Notes under the pieces: model-generated
What the model saw: the letters and a program-made list of their open reading frames with translations, nothing else
The model's database searches: none
Told to the model about the DNA's origin: nothing
Shown here: piece after piece, positions 60,672 to 64,000 of the stretch
How positions within the stretch are numbered: position 1 is the stretch's first letter
How the letters are laid out: each line of letters starts with the position of its first letter
Origin: a virus
Lineage: Duplodnaviria > Heunggongvirae > Uroviricota > Caudoviricetes
Direction: 5' to 3' (one strand)
DNA length: 64,000 bases
Virus record (IMG/VR): IMGVR_UViG_3300000976_000008
Coordinates: 344,350 to 408,349 of that record
Made by a program: the position numbers and the translations under genes

Positions 60672-61196
60672 TTAGGAATCTAATATATCAATAGTAGAAT
60701 ATATTAATTCCACCTGTTCATCCGAGAATTTCCATTTTGAACCAACATTCTTATCTGCCCAGCCCTTAGCACTACCATTGTTCTCACCCAATTCTTGAGC
60801 CATCGCAGCCCAATCACACACCATCTCGATAATATCAACTTCTGACATATCAGAAGGATCAGAATGTGCTTCAGGATGATGAGGGTTAGTAGTAATATGG
60901 TGTTTAGTAGCAGCTCTGACTCTTTCTTCTACTCCCTCAGGATATTCGAAATCTATCCCATCATTCTTACATCTATGAAATTCCGTCAGCCAGATGTAAG
61001 GGACTCTTTCTTCTTCTCCATATTTCGAGTCATCATGAGTCGAAGCACGGTGCAGAAGATCGTCATCATAATCTGTATATGAATGGACTTTCCTCAAATT
61101 CTTAGCGACGCGATCAATATGTTTTCTAGTTCTCTTTTCATAGGACTTAATCATCTCGTCGGTCATATCAGATTCTAAGATCATAATTAATCTCAT
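60672..61196 (-). CDS. HD-superfamily / DUF5662-like protein
   Basis: HIDRV...HDDSKY...HHITTNPHHPE...IIEMVCDW. Confidence 0.75.
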   Translation of the reverse strand: MRLIMILESDMTDEMIKSYEKRTRKHIDRVAKNLRKVHSYTDYDDDLLHRASTHDDSKYGEEERVPYIWLTEFHRCKNDGIDFEYPEGVEERVRAATKHHITTNPHHPEAHSDPSDMSEVDIIEMVCDWAAMAQELGENNGSAKGWADKNVGSKWKFSDEQVELIYSTIDILDS

Positions 61197-61483
61197 GGGA
61201 TAGGCTCATGAAACGGAAGGTAGAACAATGGAGTTGCTTTGCGATTCCGATCATCTAGCAATAACAATACAAAATGCGAATCTCTAGAGATAACTACTTG
61301 AGATCTAATATGAAAAGTATTTGGCATTGGTAAAGAATATTGATGCCAAGCTATGAAAACTGATTTAGGAGCAGTTTCGAACCATTCAGGATGGTACTCA
61401 CAACCAAATGATTCTGGAATTATTGACGGTTGCGAATATGGTGAAAATTGAAGCAGAAAGAACACAATAGGTATCAAATTCAT
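61193..61483 (-). CDS. Hypothetical protein with hydrophobic N-terminus
   Basis: GGAGG SD before ATG 61483. Confidence 0.5.
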   Translation of the reverse strand: MNLIPIVFFLLQFSPYSQPSIIPESFGCEYHPEWFETAPKSVFIAWHQYSLPMPNTFHIRSQVVISRDSHFVLLLLDDRNRKATPLFYLPFHEPIP

Positions 61484-61513
61484 ATCAAATCCTCCATAAT
61501 AGATTTGATACAA

Positions 61514-61541
61514 AGAAGGCCCGGTTTTTGCCGGACCTTCT
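61514..61541 (-). terminator. Intrinsic terminator
   Basis: AGAAGGTCCGG-CAAAAA-CCGGGCCTTCT followed by TTG, downstream of the 61566 stop. Confidence 0.65.
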
Positions 61542-61565
61542 ACTTCTCTTCAAGCAATCGAGTAA

Positions 61566-62348
61566 TTACTCGCCGCCAGCGTCACCACCAGCATCTCCAC
61601 CGCCAGCATCTGAGCCACCGGCATCAACAGGATCAGGTGTTGGTGCTGGCTCAACTGGTGTCTCGCCACCGCCGCCTTCGACGGTTGGTGTTTCTCCACC
61701 GGTTTCGCCTTCTCCGCCGCCTTCACCTTCTCCGCCGCCTTCACCTTCTCCGCCGCCTTCGCCTTCTCCGCCGCCTTCCATCTCACCATCATCGCCCCCG
61801 TCGCCCTCATCGCCGTCGTCACCTTCATCGAAGGATTCGCCAATGAGTGTAATGCCGAGAACACCTGGTTGTGGTGGTGCAACAGTATCCGTCAAAACAG
61901 CAGTAGCTGTACTTGCGGCTGATCGGTTTCCACCATCGTCGATGTCAACAAGTGACACGTCAACAGAGGCACCTTGATCGCCTTCGAGACCATCAACTTC
62001 CATAGCGTCTCCGTCAAGTGTACGAACACTTGGGGTTCCGCCGCCGATTGTGACAGTCAACTCACGTTGGGCAACGTCAGGTGCCGACTTTGCTGGCAAA
62101 CTGACCTTAAATTGGATCTTGTCCATTCCCGACTCACTCCTTCTCTCACCAGTGATAACAATTGTTACAGGTCCTGGTCCACTTCTCAGAAGTAGATCAT
62201 TTAACGTACTTTCAATACGGTCGAATTTATCGAAAAGAATTTTCTGGTTTCGAGAGAGTATCGATTGATTATCAATCAACTTCTTCTGATTATCCAGAAC
62301 TTGCTCTAACAATTTCTCGACAGGATTCTTCTTTTTATTCCACCACAT
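61566..62348 (-). CDS. Ig/Fn3-like domain protein with coiled-coil N-terminus and G/E-rich tail
   Basis: VDIDDGGNRSAAS...TDTVAPPQP resembles an Fn3 C-terminal motif; GGGEGE repeats; internal SD and ATG at 62126. Confidence 0.7.
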   Translation of the reverse strand: MWWNKKKNPVEKLLEQVLDNQKKLIDNQSILSRNQKILFDKFDRIESTLNDLLLRSGPGPVTIVITGERRSESGMDKIQFKVSLPAKSAPDVAQRELTVTIGGGTPSVRTLDGDAMEVDGLEGDQGASVDVSLVDIDDGGNRSAASTATAVLTDTVAPPQPGVLGITLIGESFDEGDDGDEGDGGDDGEMEGGGEGEGGGEGEGGGEGEGGGEGETGGETPTVEGGGGETPVEPAPTPDPVDAGGSDAGGGDAGGDAGGE

Positions 62349-62380
62349 GATGATCTCTTAAATGAGTTGGGAGGAGAAAG

Positions 62381-63106
62381 TCATACTTTATGTTTATCTC
62401 CGAAAGCTTTCGCCATATAAACAGGTACTCCGTTACCAATAGCCCTATACAATTCATAATTCCATTTTGCATCCGAACCTTCAAAAATGTCAGGTTTGAC
62501 GTGCCATCCTAATGGTACTTGGAATCCTTGATGGTAAGCACACTCATCAATAGTTAATTTCCTACCATAGAATCTTGAAGCTCTGCGAGTATCAGTAGCA
62601 CATCCCTTATATTCTGTAGCAGTAATTGTGGGACAGATCTTGCCATACGATCTAGCGTAAGGGCGGAAGGTATCCGGGTGATTATATCTACCACCAATAA
62701 CTCTATTACGGCATTGTATTGGCTGCGGAGTAAATTGAGCAGCATTCCAAAGAACACCCCAATCATCTTTCCCTTTCCCTTGAACTGAAACATTCTCAAC
62801 CCAGAGGGTAGGATTAATAATCGAAGTCATACACCAATTTAGGTAATCATTAGCGTATTGACCAGAAGCTTCACCAGATGTTCTAGCCGAAGACCTCTTC
62901 TGGCAAGGCGGTGAACACCAAACAGCATCATATGGTGTTAAATCGAAAGTAGTAGCATCAGCTAGAATACAATTACCAGAACCAACCATCAATGATAAAT
63001 GATGAGCTATAGGATTCAATTCAACGCCAACACATTCATGACCAGCCTGTTCCAAGCCAAGTCTAGATAGACCAGCACCATCAAACAAAACAGCTATCTT
63101 CATCAA
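62381..63106 (-). CDS. C5 cytosine DNA methyltransferase
   Basis: LFDGAG, SPPCQ, VENV, Q.RNR, R.LT..E..QGF and IGNGV. Confidence 0.92.
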   Translation of the reverse strand: MMKIAVLFDGAGLSRLGLEQAGHECVGVELNPIAHHLSLMVGSGNCILADATTFDLTPYDAVWCSPPCQKRSSARTSGEASGQYANDYLNWCMTSIINPTLWVENVSVQGKGKDDWGVLWNAAQFTPQPIQCRNRVIGGRYNHPDTFRPYARSYGKICPTITATEYKGCATDTRRASRFYGRKLTIDECAYHQGFQVPLGWHVKPDIFEGSDAKWNYELYRAIGNGVPVYMAKAFGDKHKV

Positions 63107-63462
63107 CCACTCCAGATGTGTGTATGCCTTGGTAAACGATAATTCTTCCTACCAGAAACTTTCGTAAAACCAAGCCGTCTATAGAATCTCATCAACGGAG
63201 CTTTTTTGCGTCTATCGGGTTCAGCAAACAAAATAACTGGTTTGTCAACATTCAAAGCATATTGTTGAACAGCAGTTATTACTTCAGTGCCTATCCCATT
63301 ATCCTGATTATCTGGTGGAATGCGAATATTGTCAATAGAAACGTAAAGCTCACCTTCTGATAAATGCAATACCTCTAAATCGTATTCAGATATAAGTGCA
63401 ATCTTCAATTCATCAATTGATTGAAATCTAGATTCAGATTCTGTTATCTGACGTAATCTCAT
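63103..63462 (-). CDS. GNAT acetyltransferase with MRLRQITE leader
   Basis: IPPDNQDNGIGT...LMRFYRRLGF. Confidence 0.8.
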   Translation of the reverse strand: MRLRQITESESRFQSIDELKIALISEYDLEVLHLSEGELYVSIDNIRIPPDNQDNGIGTEVITAVQQYALNVDKPVILFAEPDRRKKAPLMRFYRRLGFTKVSGRKNYRLPRHTHIWSG

Positions 63463-63615
63463 ATCTTATATTCGCTCAGAATCCACAATGCAATAATTAT
63501 ATACATCAGAAGGAAAAAGAAAGATACTTCTGGGATTACAATGGAATAGTCAAAAATACAATATCGTGGGTTCATTGTGAACCCATTCCACAACGCAACG
63601 CAGAGGTAGAGAAAA

Positions 63616-64000
63616 ATGGATAAGATTCAATTCAAAGTGAATCTTCCGGCGAAGGCAGCACCAGATGTTGTTTCTCGGGAACTCACAGTCAAAGTAGGCA
63701 CAGACGAAAAGGTAGTAGTGCTTGCTGCTGATGCAGAAGAAACAGAAGTTCTTGAAGGTGATCAAGACGCTACTGTCGAATTGTCACTCGTTGACATCGA
63801 CGATGGCGGAAACCGATCAGCTGCAAGCACAGCCACTGCTGTTTTGACTGACACAGTAGCACCGCCACAACCAGGCGAAATGGGCGTTATGCTAACTGGC
63901 GAAACGCACGAAACACCTGCTGAAGAAGATCCGGTCGAAGAAGATCCGGTCGAAGAGGCTCCTGCTGAAGAAGAGGCTCCTGCTGAAGAAGAGGCTCCTG
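63616..64000 (+). CDS. Ig/Fn3-like protein, paralog of 61566-62126, partial (runs off the right edge)
   Basis: MDKIQFKVNLPAKAAPDV...SLVDIDDGGNRSAASTATAVLTDTVAPPQPG then EEDPV/EEEAPA repeats; not in the ORF track. Confidence 0.85.
   Translation, partial: MDKIQFKVNLPAKAAPDVVSRELTVKVGTDEKVVVLAADAEETEVLEGDQDATVELSLVDIDDGGNRSAASTATAVLTDTVAPPQPGEMGVMLTGETHETPAEEDPVEEDPVEEAPAEEEAPAEEEAP

Noticed and set aside
1-64000. Stop-codon reassignment (code 15/4) as in some huge phages
   Set aside because: Known genes are intact in the standard code, and TAA, TAG and TGA all terminate genes.
1-64000. CRISPR array, DGR, integrase or IS
   Set aside because: All tandem repeats seen are short in-frame coding repeats without spacers. 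The long fibre repeats differ at all base types, not only adenines. No RT, transposase or recombinase was recognised.

Overview
This window is 64 kb of a large (jumbo/huge-phage-like) dsDNA phage genome. It uses the standard genetic code and genes are densely packed on both strands. Virion genes include a >2,640-aa tail fibre/adhesin running off the left edge (absent from the ORF track), other fibre and baseplate proteins, collagen- and vWA-domain proteins, a gp2-like DNA end protector and many Glu-motif-rich putative internal head proteins. These are interleaved with nucleotide-metabolism genes (HNH-dUTPase fusion, tmk, thyX), transcription genes (a sigma-70 and a much more divergent sigma-like protein), proteolysis genes (ClpS, matrixin, S1 protease), RarA, a PLD-family protein and a C5 DNA methyltransferase. 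ClpS, ThyX and Gln-rich signal-peptide proteins tentatively suggest a Planctomycetota host. The most striking feature is a non-coding element at 56283-56592 (- strand). It rebuilds the 58-nt GTPase-associated centre (uL11-binding domain, 23S rRNA 1051-1108) with compensatory base changes, but is split between positions 1090 and 1091 by a self-closed 252-nt structured insert, so it looks like a phage-encoded ribosome-mimic RNA. Other leads are a stand-alone PilC/GspF N-terminal domain, a possibly virion-packaged sigma-like factor, an AUC-initiated structural gene, a candidate late promoter CAAAnnTA, two divergent paralog pairs and two repeat-associated frameshifts. All family calls are by motif recognition from the sequence; no searches were run.
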